From: Lepidodermella squamata
Lineage: Eukaryota > Animalia > Gastrotricha
DNA length: 64,000 nt
Direction of reading: 5' to 3'
Assembly (NCBI GenBank): GCA_047495785.1
Contig: JBLDXI010000014.1
Location: 186,001 to 250,000, forward strand
Part shown: one piece after another, positions 13,040 through 23,749 of the stretch
Layout: each line of letters starts with the position of its first letter
Position numbering within the stretch: the stretch's first letter is position 1
Notes under the pieces: generated by a model
Told to the model about the DNA's origin: nothing
Seen by the model: the letters and a program-made list of their open reading frames with translations, nothing else
Database searches by the model: none
Made by a program: the position numbers and the translations under genes

Positions 13040-14257
13040 CTAATTTGTCTCCGTGTCGTCACTCATAGAAAAGAATTTCATTGCCATGAGAGATGCGTTG
13101 ATAAGCGATATTTGTTCGATGACGAAAACTGAATCATGGATGACGGAGTAGAACTGGTTGTCCAGAAGTTTCCGCACCGTATTAACAGTCACATCATTTT
13201 CAAAGTTTTGAAGCTGGAGCAGTCGTCGTTCGAAATCACTGACGTGATGCGAAAATTGATGTAGGGCAAAAGCGAAGTAGGAAACGTGGCCTAGAATTAT
13301 GGCTAAGCGACCATACCGCCATTTGAGATGATTACGACCAATCCAGTCGGGATTGCGGTAGAATATTGACGAAAGGAAGAGCGAAGCCACGGTGCCAATT
13401 AAAACTCCGCCTTAAATTTCAATATTGTTATTTACTATCGATATTATAAACAGTAACTCACCTCCGAAAAATGCCATGATGATAAGTTTGATGAGATCCA
13501 AACCAATGATCGTGCTTGAAGATTCCCGAACTTCGAATTGGTATATTTCATCAATTGGATCGCCACACAGCTCGCACTTGTTGCCAATCATTAGTATCAG
13601 AGCTTCGATCTCGGCGATGATCAGCAGCACCGCGACGACGAAGCGGTTCGAGGCGAAATTAAAGTTGGAGCAGTAGCAGGTTTTCTTAACATCGCGGTGA
13701 ACCAGAGCTGAGCTAACGCAGCTCCATATGAAGATGAACGAGTACATCTCGAGGAAGGCGAAAGCTGCGACACGGATGAAACAAGCCAGAGCGAGAACGG
13801 CGAAGCACGTGATCAAACCGAACACGCCTCGGTATCGAATCAGATGAGCATCTTGAAGTAGGAACTCGAAAATCATCGAAATTGAGTAGACGCAGAAGGC
13901 TCGAAGCACGATCTGAGTACTGGTTAGGAAGTTGAAAAATTCCATGGGCGCGACGTTGGATTTGAATTCACCCTGGCATTTCGGTCGGCTGGTTTCGATT
14001 GAACTCATCTCGCAACTGTAAGCAGCTTCGTCATTCGGCGACTCGTCGATACACCATTTCGCAGCGAATTTAAGCTTCTCTGTTTGAATCAGCTTGAGAC
14101 TTCGGGCGTAGACGAGTGTTGATACCAGAGCGACACATGGGATATACACGACCGCGTACATGAACCTAACCGGCCAAGCCGCGTTGCAAGAATCATCGGC
14201 GAAACAGTCGCAAGTTGACGTGAAGGCCGCCTCAGTGTTGTTACCGGTAGAATTCAT
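13040..14257 (-). CDS. Orphan multi-pass (about 7 TM) membrane protein A, about 388 aa, 2 exons
   Basis: A 51-nt GT-AG intron (13411-13461) joins ORFs 13412-14257 and 13040-13390 in frame (FGG|GVLIGTVASL). About seven hydrophobic segments; N-terminal sequons NST and NNT; clear paralog of the adjacent gene. Confidence 0.8.
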
Positions 14258-14395
14258 CCTTCTTTTATCCGCGAATTATAAATAAGAAGCCAGCTTCAAA
14301 AATTTTACTTAAAAAATTGAACGATAAGAACAGATTTCTCACGAAACTGTGTGATTATAATGAAACTTTATTCCCAGTTAAAATTCGTATTGAAT

Positions 14396-15669
14396 TTAAT
14401 TTTCATATAGAGATGATAAGACGTTTTCTTTAGTCAAGCATCGACTCAAATAAACAGTCAAACATGTCACGACAAAATTTTCTGCGTTGAAGACAATCGC
14501 ATCGGCTAGGGTGAACGCGTCGTCGCTGTACAGCCACTCTGACAGCCAATTGCGGCTTGCCATTTTTTTAAAAGTCGATGAGCTGCGGTACAATAACGAA
14601 AAGTTGTTGCTATTGTGCATCAGGCGATGGCAACCGATGACAAATGCCGCTAGGATGAGAAGCATGCCGACTCGACGCGCTTTACGGTGATTGTTCTCGT
14701 CATCATCGATCCAGTCGAAGCGGGATAACAAAATTACGGAGGCTATCAATGACCCAAGGATTAAACCACCTGTGAAAAAATGAGAAACAGTCCATCTTCA
14801 GACTAAAATAATCTCGAACCTGAAAAGAAGATCCTGAATGCTGACCAGACAATATCGATGGCAACTACATAGCTGTACTGGCTCAGTTCGAGCGGATACA
14901 TTTCAAAGTGGTAGTAGTCCACGCCGAGTTCAGCATTTGAGTCAGACTTTGGTCGACATTTGTCGCATTGAATGGTTAGAACAGTAAATATTGTCAAAAT
15001 TGTCGCCAGAATCAGAATCAACCCTATGCCGAATCGGCTTGACGATACTTTGAAAGCTGTAAAAGTTTTCGCCCCGCTCGGCTGTTGGCGATATCGCTGA
15101 TGCCATAGTTGTATAAGCCTTTCGACAACGCTGCTCCAGATGATCAAGAACAGGTATAATTCAACGAAAGCAATCACGGCTGCGTAGGCCAGATTCACAA
15201 AAATCAGAGCAAGGAGACAGACTAACAAGCCGAGGTCGCCGCTGTAATTTAGGATATGAGCATCTCGCAGTAGAAATTCGCAAATTTTGATGGTACTACA
15301 ACCCGCGAAACCGCGGAATAAGTTTTCGCCACATATTATCAAATTTCGACGTGTTAATCGCTCGATTGTCTCCTGCTGTTTCTGGATCTGAATGAAACTT
15401 TTCGCGGAGAGAATCAAATTTTTCTCATCGCATCGTTTTTCATAGGAAATCCTAGATAATCGGAGTTTCCGCAAAATATTGACTTGCAAAATCAGCATGA
15501 TGAACCCTGACGCTGGGTTGACGATTCCTATGAAAAACAACCTGAAGGGCCAGTCGACGCATTCGTCGGCGAAGCAGCCACATGGCGTCAGTTTTTGCTC
15601 GGGCGAGTCCGTTTCGGTGGGAAGATAATCCCCGGAAGATGTCGCAGTCTCTTCATCAGCAAAATCCAT
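14396..15669 (-). CDS. Orphan multi-pass (about 7 TM) membrane protein B, about 407 aa, 2 exons; paralog of A
   Basis: 50-nt intron 14770-14819 at the same position and phase as in A (FFSG|GLILGSLIAS). Shared motifs CxCFAD..C..WP.R, EFLL.DAH...Y.G..GL..C, F.E.Y.F..IWS.V, S.RF, CxxC, Y.FE. Confidence 0.8.
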
Positions 15670-15850
15670 CACTTACTTGAGCCCTTATTTTTGCAGCCTA
15701 ATAACATGTAAGCAGAATCATCTCAATAACTGGTTTTATCGCAGATTTAATCGAAAATCACATGCCAACCATATGTTCGTATTAAAGGAATTAATTCATT
15801 ATCACACGCATTTTACAGAAATCGCAACTTATCGATGCCAACATTTGGCC

Positions 15851-17147
15851 TCATTCGTAGGAAGTGTTAGGGTCAGGCCTCTGAGTCATCATGCCGAAAA
15901 AGAGGGCGTGTTCCACAAATACAATGCTAACAAAGGCGATAAATGTGCAACCATCAATTTTGCGAACAAGCATCCACGTGGTATCTACGTCTTCATCGAG
16001 AATAGCCTTCACGTGAAAAATCTTTCGCACCAAAGCTAGAAGAGGGTTAAATGTCCCTGGCTGTAACTCGTGCGTTAAGCCAACAATAATAGTTGCATAG
16101 ATAGTACATAGCCCACATAGAATGTTGTTGAAATTGATGTACCAAACGACGAGAATAGTTTCGGCTGACTTGGGCGTAATGTTATTGATTTGTTCATTCA
16201 GCACGAATAGAGTCAGAAGTATCGTCTGCACGAACATTGGCCGATCCGGGGTATCGGGTGGGATAGCAAAGGCAAAAGTTTGCAGGATAATTAAAATCCA
16301 GGCCGGAATAAACAGTGCGGAAACGTAAGGATGCCATTTCCGCTCCATTAAAATCCTGTGAAATATTTCAAATTTACCAACTGATCACACTGTAATAGGC
16401 GAATAAGAATTACACAAATTGGCATCTGGCTGAGCAATCCTCCAAGCCGTCCGCGAGCTGCCAACACGTCGTAGACATTCGGGTGTAATTATCTATTATT
16501 GACCACTGCGAGGTTTGCGACGTGAATTGGTAGCCAGGAACCATTTTTATTCTCGTTGTTGAAATATTGACATACTGGTGCGACAACCATCCCTCGAAGT
16601 CGAAGCTACAGCGTTGAATATCAAACGGGAAGTAGCGCAATCCCATAGGACAACGGGTGCTGAAAGAACCCGCTGCATACATTTCAACCATCCCTGCTTT
16701 CGGATATACATGTGCCCATGATTTCTCCGCGTTTGTAACCAAAATCTGAAAATTCAGGAAATTCCTATTCGTTTGAGCAAGATTTAATAGAGTTAATACC
16801 TGAACATCACCGACGCTGCTCGTGAAGTAAATTGGAGGGATGCGAATTTGATCAATCGGTATAATAAAATAACCATCTCGATCGGAGTAGTCTGAGTAGT
16901 TCAAGCCTAAACCGCTTGCTATTTGCTGCCATGTACAATTATCGCGCCAAATTAACTTCAACGACGCGTGAATCTCCATAATTTCATTCACTTCGTCTAT
17001 TTTAACAAGGTTGTGTAGGTTCAAAATCATATCCACTTGCATGCCTTGGAAAGGAAGAAGATTGCAATCTTCCATCAAGATCGAAGCGTTGACAGGTGAT
17101 GCGAAGAGAGTAGAGATTAACACAATATAGCTGCGAAATGAAAGCAT
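15851..17147 (-). CDS. Divergent Cys-loop (pentameric) ligand-gated ion channel subunit, nAChR-like
   Basis: Signal peptide; IDEVNEIMEIHASLKLIW; Cys-loop CPMGLRYFPFDIQRC; pre-M1 ERKWHPYV; M2 region PPDTPDRPMFVQTILLTL; four TM segments. Probable in-frame intron near 16746-16799 and an intron near 16357-16413. Confidence 0.88.
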
Positions 17148-17451
17148 AATTTTTTTTTATGAACTCGCAAAATTGTCGTGTGATAATTATCAGGTTGGCA
17201 TTTTCGTCTCATGATTTGTTTGCACATTCGATTCTCCCCATGTTTCTATTCTTCCCAATTATAGTGCCTTCCAAATCATGAATTTCCTATGTTGACAGCA
17301 AATATGTATCACTGAATTTTTAGCAAACAATAAAACCTCGATTCGCTTGAGTGAAATTCCGATGCGATGTAATACCCCATTATTTATTAGTTTTAGATGC
17401 ATCAGGTTAATCAGGTTAATTTGCTACCAAGGAGAAAAATTAGTTATGATA

Positions 17452-18591
17452 TCAATGAGCCACCAGCACAGCTATAGTTGCGACGCATAATATGAAACTG
17501 CTTAGGAATAGAATGAAAAACACCCAGCCATCAACAAGTCCTAAAATACGGTCGTATCCGCGGTCGATTCCGCATGAAGCCACTCGGTTGCTGACATACG
17601 CCATTGCAGCTACATAAATAGTTATAATAGCGCCAATAGCTGTTTGTCCAGTTATTGAGAACGTCAAGGTAACAAATTGTGAGGTTGATGGAATGCCTTG
17701 TTGTACCACTGTCATGTGAACTCCGAATGCAAGCATTACAGTCACCGCGTAATTCGCCCGATCAGGCCCATCTCGCGGCAAACCGAAAGCTGTCAGTTGG
17801 ACGACCGTCAACACACAGCTAGGTAGCAGGTAAGTCACTACGTAAAAAGCCGGTTTCCGTCTGAGGTCTAGCCGATACTTTACTGTTGAAAAATTGGCCT
17901 TAGGGGCGTAACTAACGCATCCTTCGTGGATTATGGCGGTAGAAATAACTTCCCAATTGGCGTTGGTCGGCATGAACAGCATGTCAAGTCCGATGAATGA
18001 ATCATTAAATTGTGTTAAACTACAAAAGAGATCCATTTGAAGCCGGATATCGCAGGATTGCCGGTCAAATGGGTAGTACATGAAATCGAGCTGGCATTTT
18101 GTTGATAATTCAGTCAAGGCAGGGTACCAAAGCACGGTACCATCTCGCCTGACGTAAACATTCATCAACTGCCTGTCGCCCTGGGTGCCCATGAGAAGGT
18201 ACCGGTCATTTGCTGTATTGTCCAAAACTAATGCAGGTAGATACACGTCGTTTTCAGATAAATTCAAGTCATCAATGTGGCGGAACTGGGGCTGATCGTC
18301 CCATGCGATGAAGGGATTTTTCCATCTTAATCCTACGAAACCCTGAACATGCAGCGTTTGTTCAATTTCATTGACTGCTACGAATCTAGTCAGCGTAATC
18401 TGAACGCTGACCACAAGCAACTCGGAGTGATTGCTTACAGGTCTCACAAACTGGTCAACGCCGGCATCTGAACTGCGACCAAGGATGAAAGTTCGCAAAG
18501 CGCCATCTTCACTCTTAGCAATGGCTAGGGTTAGGCCAATGAGCTGAATCAACGGCGAGAGATAGCGAAACAGCAAGCTGTGGGAATGCAT
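17452..18591 (-). CDS. Divergent Cys-loop ligand-gated ion channel subunit, nAChR-like, intronless
   Basis: ATG at 18591 with signal peptide; VRPVSN, VNEIEQTL, WKNPFIAW, VYLPALVLDN, DGTVLWYP; Cys-loop CQLDFMYYPFDRQSC; LRRKPAFYVVTYLLP; M2 region LPRDGPDRANYAVTVML; M4 VDGWVFFILF. Confidence 0.92.
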   Translation of the reverse strand: MHSHSLLFRYLSPLIQLIGLTLAIAKSEDGALRTFILGRSSDAGVDQFVRPVSNHSELLVVSVQITLTRFVAVNEIEQTLHVQGFVGLRWKNPFIAWDDQPQFRHIDDLNLSENDVYLPALVLDNTANDRYLLMGTQGDRQLMNVYVRRDGTVLWYPALTELSTKCQLDFMYYPFDRQSCDIRLQMDLFCSLTQFNDSFIGLDMLFMPTNANWEVISTAIIHEGCVSYAPKANFSTVKYRLDLRRKPAFYVVTYLLPSCVLTVVQLTAFGLPRDGPDRANYAVTVMLAFGVHMTVVQQGIPSTSQFVTLTFSITGQTAIGAIITIYVAAMAYVSNRVASCGIDRGYDRILGLVDGWVFFILFLSSFILCVATIAVLVAH

Positions 18592-18770
18592 TTCAAAATA
18601 ATCGAGAGAATCAACTACTATTCGACACAAGCCGATAGCTGACTAGCTGGTTCTTCGGCTGTTCAATTTCCTGTGAAAACATTCAGTTTTATTGGAATTT
18701 TTTTGCATCAAAACTTTGATGTTATGAGACTTTGTTTCCTGTATATTGGAAATGCAAACAACTCCAAATC

Positions 18771-19361
18771 GTCGGGCGTGCGGCCAATAGTCCCATCTCC
18801 ATCCAATCGAAAATGAGATTTTTACAGTTTCTAACTCAGTTTTTCATGCTGCGGTCAATTATCTGAAAACCGCTTCTCAAAATTCGCCAAGGATCAGAAG
18901 TCCTATCTCCACTTTCGTGTTTTTTTATAAGGTCATTCTTTGCGCAGATAGGTAAAAAGGGCCATGTCCATGGCATGATGAAGAAAATTGCATCAAAAAT
19001 CCTATCTCCAGCAAAAAATCCCTCAATCGCGATTTCGATGCCAAACGAAAAAATAATCCTATTTTTTTACGCTCAAAAATAAAATAGCTTAAAAATGGAT
19101 GTGTGCATGAGGAATCGAACCGCGGCCTAACACAAACCATTAACCAGAAACAAAAAGCGCACGAAAAAGTCCCATCTGCAACGCATGTCCCAATTGCGCG
19201 ATAACGATGCAACATCGGTCTAATTCGATCCGCCGTGATCTACTACCCCTATTCTCGACTCAGCGACATTTTTTACTGAAAGTTTTGAAAATAAAGCTGA
19301 TGTTTCGATTTATCTCAAAATAAACCCTCGTGGAGATAGGCCTTGTGGCCGCACGCACGAC
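18771..19361. mobile_element. Non-autonomous DNA element (MITE), about 590 bp, with 31-bp imperfect terminal inverted repeats
   Basis: Left gtcgggcgtgcggccaatagtcccatctcca versus reverse complement of right gtcgtgcgtgcggccacaaggcctatctcca. Internal copies of cctatctcca near 18902 and 19001. No coding capacity; TSD not clear. Confidence 0.7.
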
Positions 19362-20350
19362 TAAATATGCGCTTACATATTATATACGAGACATTTTCGC
19401 AAGCTTACAAAAAATGCATAACATTCGGTTTCCTGGATATTGGCGATGAGCGTCATTGAACACAGCGCATGCCGATAAGGCCTTGAAAGGCAATTGATAC
19501 CCACTTCTATAAAAAAGTTATGAAACCTTATAAAAATCGAAAATCGAATGGATATAGCAAGTGTTCGTATACTTGGCTTGCAAGATTGAGCGGCCTATGT
19601 CGTGTCCCAGATTTGACTGACAGAATTTGATTTTGAATCATTGCGTTATCGCCAGTATTGATTGAACACAATTATAGGCCATTCCAGCTTCAAATTAATC
19701 AACAGGATGGCAGAAAAATCAAATTTATTATTCGTACCTATTACTTTTTGGCAAAATGAATTCTGCCGATCAGTTGTTTTCCATGAATGTCGGGGGTTTT
19801 GGAAGCTACCACGTAATAAACAAAATGGTTAAAGAGTGCTGAACCTATTCGCAGATTAAGCGGAAGCAGTCAATTATGGTCGCATCCGGTATTTTTTACG
19901 CTCTAGGAAAAAAATATCAACGCACCGAAATATCAATGTTTATTTTAGCGAATTTCTTTCATGGATCTTGAACCCCGTAAAAACGCATACAGATCAAAGT
20001 CAGCTGCTTATTGCGTGGAAGAGGACGCGTTGGTTTCGTACTTGTTGAACTTAGCTAATCCTCAGTCAGCAAACGGCATTCCTATCCTTAATTCGATGAA
20101 TCGCGGGTAAGTAGGTCATTTTACTGTTCTAATATGAACCTCACTGCAATAAGGCGTGTTTTATTTTACACCGCTAATATTTTTCCTTTTGGCACATCCC
20201 AATTCCCACCATGCAGAAAAGCAGGTGGATAAGTGTTTCAAATTATACAAGCCATAGAAAATTCAAGCGCTAAGGTCGAGGCACCCGCGGCCTTGGCACC
20301 GTTCCTTAATTTCCAGATCTCTATTTAGCGTTAATGTAGCATCGATTATT

Positions 20351-20364
20351 GCTGCCTTGGCGAC
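20351..20364 (-). promoter_or_regulatory. Candidate RFX X-box
   Basis: GTCGCCAAGGCAGC on the minus strand is close to GTYRCC-NN-RGYAAC, about 360 bp upstream of the ATG at 20722. Confidence 0.3.
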
Positions 20365-20721
20365 GATTGCTGCAGGGTATCGCAGCTGACCTGTCAATGA
20401 GCCCATTTAAAATTCCGGCAATTCATTCGCGTAGGGATCGATCATCGCGCGTTTAATCCTAGCATGCATAACTAACTAAACGATAATTTTTCGATATTAG
20501 GAATGGAAGAAAACTGTTGCGCGTTGAAAATTATTACAATAAGTCGCTATGCCAGCAGCCGCGCGCCGGCTCAGCGGTGGCTTCGGTTTTGTTGAATGAT
20601 AGCTTGCTAAACGCAATATCTTAGGTAGTCTTTCAAATCGAGCAAAAAAGCATTGCGTGGAAAGCGCTTGTTTTTTACCCCGCCGTCGCCGTCGTACTAA
20701 AAGGTGCACAATTAGCGCGCA

Positions 20722-22020
20722 ATGCCCCAAGTTCAAAACAAGCAGCAATTGCGCGACCTCGACAGGATTGTCTCGAAATTCGGGTTGCAAGTCGATCCGC
20801 TCCGCGAATTTTCCACTCTGTAAATTTTTAAATCATCGGAATGATAAACGAACGCACGTTTTTTAACACACCTGATGTATTTTTCAGCATCTACGAAGAA
20901 GCTAATCGGCGCAATAGAAGTAAAACAAGACATAATTTTCTATCACAATTTTTAATTAATATAATTAATTAGGGATAGCATCGAATGGGAACAGTGACAT
21001 TGCGGTGATATCGAAAAATTTGCGGTTTTTCTTCAACGATCAGGAAAAACAGGTAGTTTTCAACCTAGAAGAATTCAACTTGCTTTTAAAAAATTTCTGA
21101 TACTCAAGAAACGGAACCTTGAGAGTAGGGACAAAGAACGTCGCGCTTATTTGATGCTTCTGCGAGAGCACTTCAGTGTTGACAAATGGCTGCCAGCCCA
21201 TGATAAGAGTCAAAGCGGCTACAACACGGCTCGAACGGAGACTGAGGAATTGCTGACGACTCGCTCGGAAAAGCCTCAACGTACTGTGAAGCATGTCAAT
21301 GGCGCCTCGAGTCTGCCGCCGATCGCAATCAGCGACGACGGCAATCTCGATAACCCGCAATCGATTGAAAACGTGACTAGAAAGCTGTTGAGAGGCGGAT
21401 TCGACGCTAGACTATTTCGAAAATTTCTCGACAATTGCATGAAAGAGGAATCGCCCGAAGCAGCGAATAAACGCCGCCTTGACACTCGAATTCAGCTGAT
21501 GGAGAAGAGAAATACGGAAATGGAAGCTGCCCTCAAAGCAGCCATCAGTTCTTCGACTAGCGAGGATCTCGATGCGTTCATAGACGTGTTAAAGCTGGCT
21601 GTTGAAACTCCACAGCAAAAGCGGCGGGCGAGAAAAAAGCAGCACGATCCAGCTGCTGAAACACACGACTCGTTCAGCATCACACCGGGTCAAAAGACAT
21701 TCACGCAGCTTCCATCGATCACAAATCTGAGTGAACCTGCTACGGTGATGCGATCGCCTACTCGTTTCGCGCGGGATAAAATCGAGCGGCAGCGCACTGT
21801 CCACTATACTGGGAAGCAGAGCAGCCAGTCGCCGTTTAATGCAGCAGCTGGTGGGAAATCTCCCCGAGCAGCAGACCCTTATAATAGCCCGGTAAGAACG
21901 CCATCGGCAATAGGCAACAGCCAGTCATTGACTTGGGAACAGCAGCAAAAGGTGCGAACTCATCAACTTGTGATGAAACACATCCAGCGAAGCAAAATGG
22001 GATTCATCGAAGATGATTGA
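20722..22020 (+). CDS. Uncharacterised protein (4 exons; helical N-terminal half, Ser/Pro-rich disordered C-terminal half)
   Basis: ATG 20722 (MPQVQNKQQLRDLDRIVSKFG) splices through three GT-AG introns (about 20820-20887, 20920-20971, 21053-21108) in frame into ORF 21151-22020. AATAAA follows the stop. No family recognised. Confidence 0.7.
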
Positions 22021-23749
22021 TATTTTATATTTTATCCGAATTTTTCACTCCAAATAAATTGAATGAAATGGTAATGGTGTTCATGTTAATCAATGTAGAT
22101 ACAAGTACCGTAAACGGGTCTGGGACGATAACGTGTTTTTCAGGCTTCGATTTTTGAGGTGGACGAATTTTTTCGACGTGCATTACGCCAAAAGACGCGC
22201 CTTAAAAACTGCATATTCCAGTGATAATCGTGGTGAAAATATACCTTCTCTTGCACAACTGTGGTAATTTCGGACAGCTCAGTGTGAATTTTCAGATTGG
22301 GTTCGAAGTTCACATTAAAGCGAGATAAGGATACAATTGTTTGTCAGCAGATTTAGAGGCAACACAATTTAGAACAAAATAAAATGCAAGATGACAATAT
22401 GGGCTGCCCATTGCTGCAATTATGGCGGTGGCCATATCAAAAGCCCTTCGCGCCGGCCTTCGGCTGGCTGAAATGAAAAAGCTCTGCAATTTCAAGACGG
22501 GTCGGGTTTTAACTGGGATTTCTAAGGAAATCTTAGTTGCATTCACTCAAAACTTGGGAAATTAAGAATCGTTTAGTTGGAATCCCAAGGTTACGGCTTC
22601 GATGGTTAAGCGGGTCCCGTCGCTTGATCCGTTCTCTGTGATTTCGCAATGGCAGTGAGACTGTAGGGACCGCTTTGATTGTTCTTCAGCAGGCGCGGCT
22701 TCTGAGCCATATGCCCCAGTAGGTTAGGGATGTGGGTAACAATGTGGGAACAAACTGCTGTAAAAATATGAAGTTTTGGCGAGAATTTGAGGGTCAATTT
22801 TGATCAAATGGGAAAATATGTCTCGCATCAATTTCGAAAACCGCGACTATTCGAATGCGTTCGCAATGTGAGCGTGAGAAATCATTTTTTCGGTAATCAT
22901 AAATGTTTGTACCGTAATTGCCTTATGTTGCTAAATCTGTTTGCCGTCTTTAAGGATCGAGCGATCACGCGTCATTGTTTTCAGCTGCGCGTACCTACAT
23001 ATATAAACTGACTATAACCGTGTGCGATGTAAGGGCGGGGGCGAGCGTGAAAGTATGCGTGTCCGCGATAAGAGAACTGGCATGTGACGCTGACCCCGCG
23101 CGTGTTTTTTCGCTTATGCCGACTATAAGGATTACTCGGAATGTGCGGTATAATCTGTCCGCTGATATTTTGACTTTGTGTAACGAATAGCCTCCTATAA
23201 TATTAATGCAGCAGTGCCCACAATATATAACAGAAATGGCGTGGTGGTATTGGATTGAGACCATAAGAGTGACTCAGCCGTGTTTTCATTGTGGCAAGTG
23301 GCCTGTAAAAACACACGGGCACTATCTGCAAATAGCTTCGCCTTTCTTATTATAATATGTTATCACTAGCTGCAACGCCTCAAACAAAAAATGCCGGTAC
23401 ACCGGCCCCATATAGTATTTTCTACGAGCAATGTATCGCCTAATTATACTCCATATACTGGTATCAATTTGTGATATCTAAGCCTCGAATGAACACCAGA
23501 TTAGGTCATTACACTATGTGCATATCAGTAAATGATACTATTTTCTAGTAGTAGGCTGCAATATAATCGTATTTTTTACAAACGCCCTACTGGTTCTACG
23601 CATTATTCTCCTACAACCAACCAGCAGTTTTTGCAGTTCGATCAAAAAACCTCAAATATTATATTGCTATCAATAAAACAAAATCTATCTTGAGAGATAA
23701 ACGAACCCATCATAAATCTTTGATTTCATTGTTAGATTACCGCCGGAAA

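Noticed and set aside
19095-19150. tRNA-like A/B box arrangement on the minus strand
   Set aside because: Boxes are too close together and no cloverleaf forms; at most a remnant inside the MITE.
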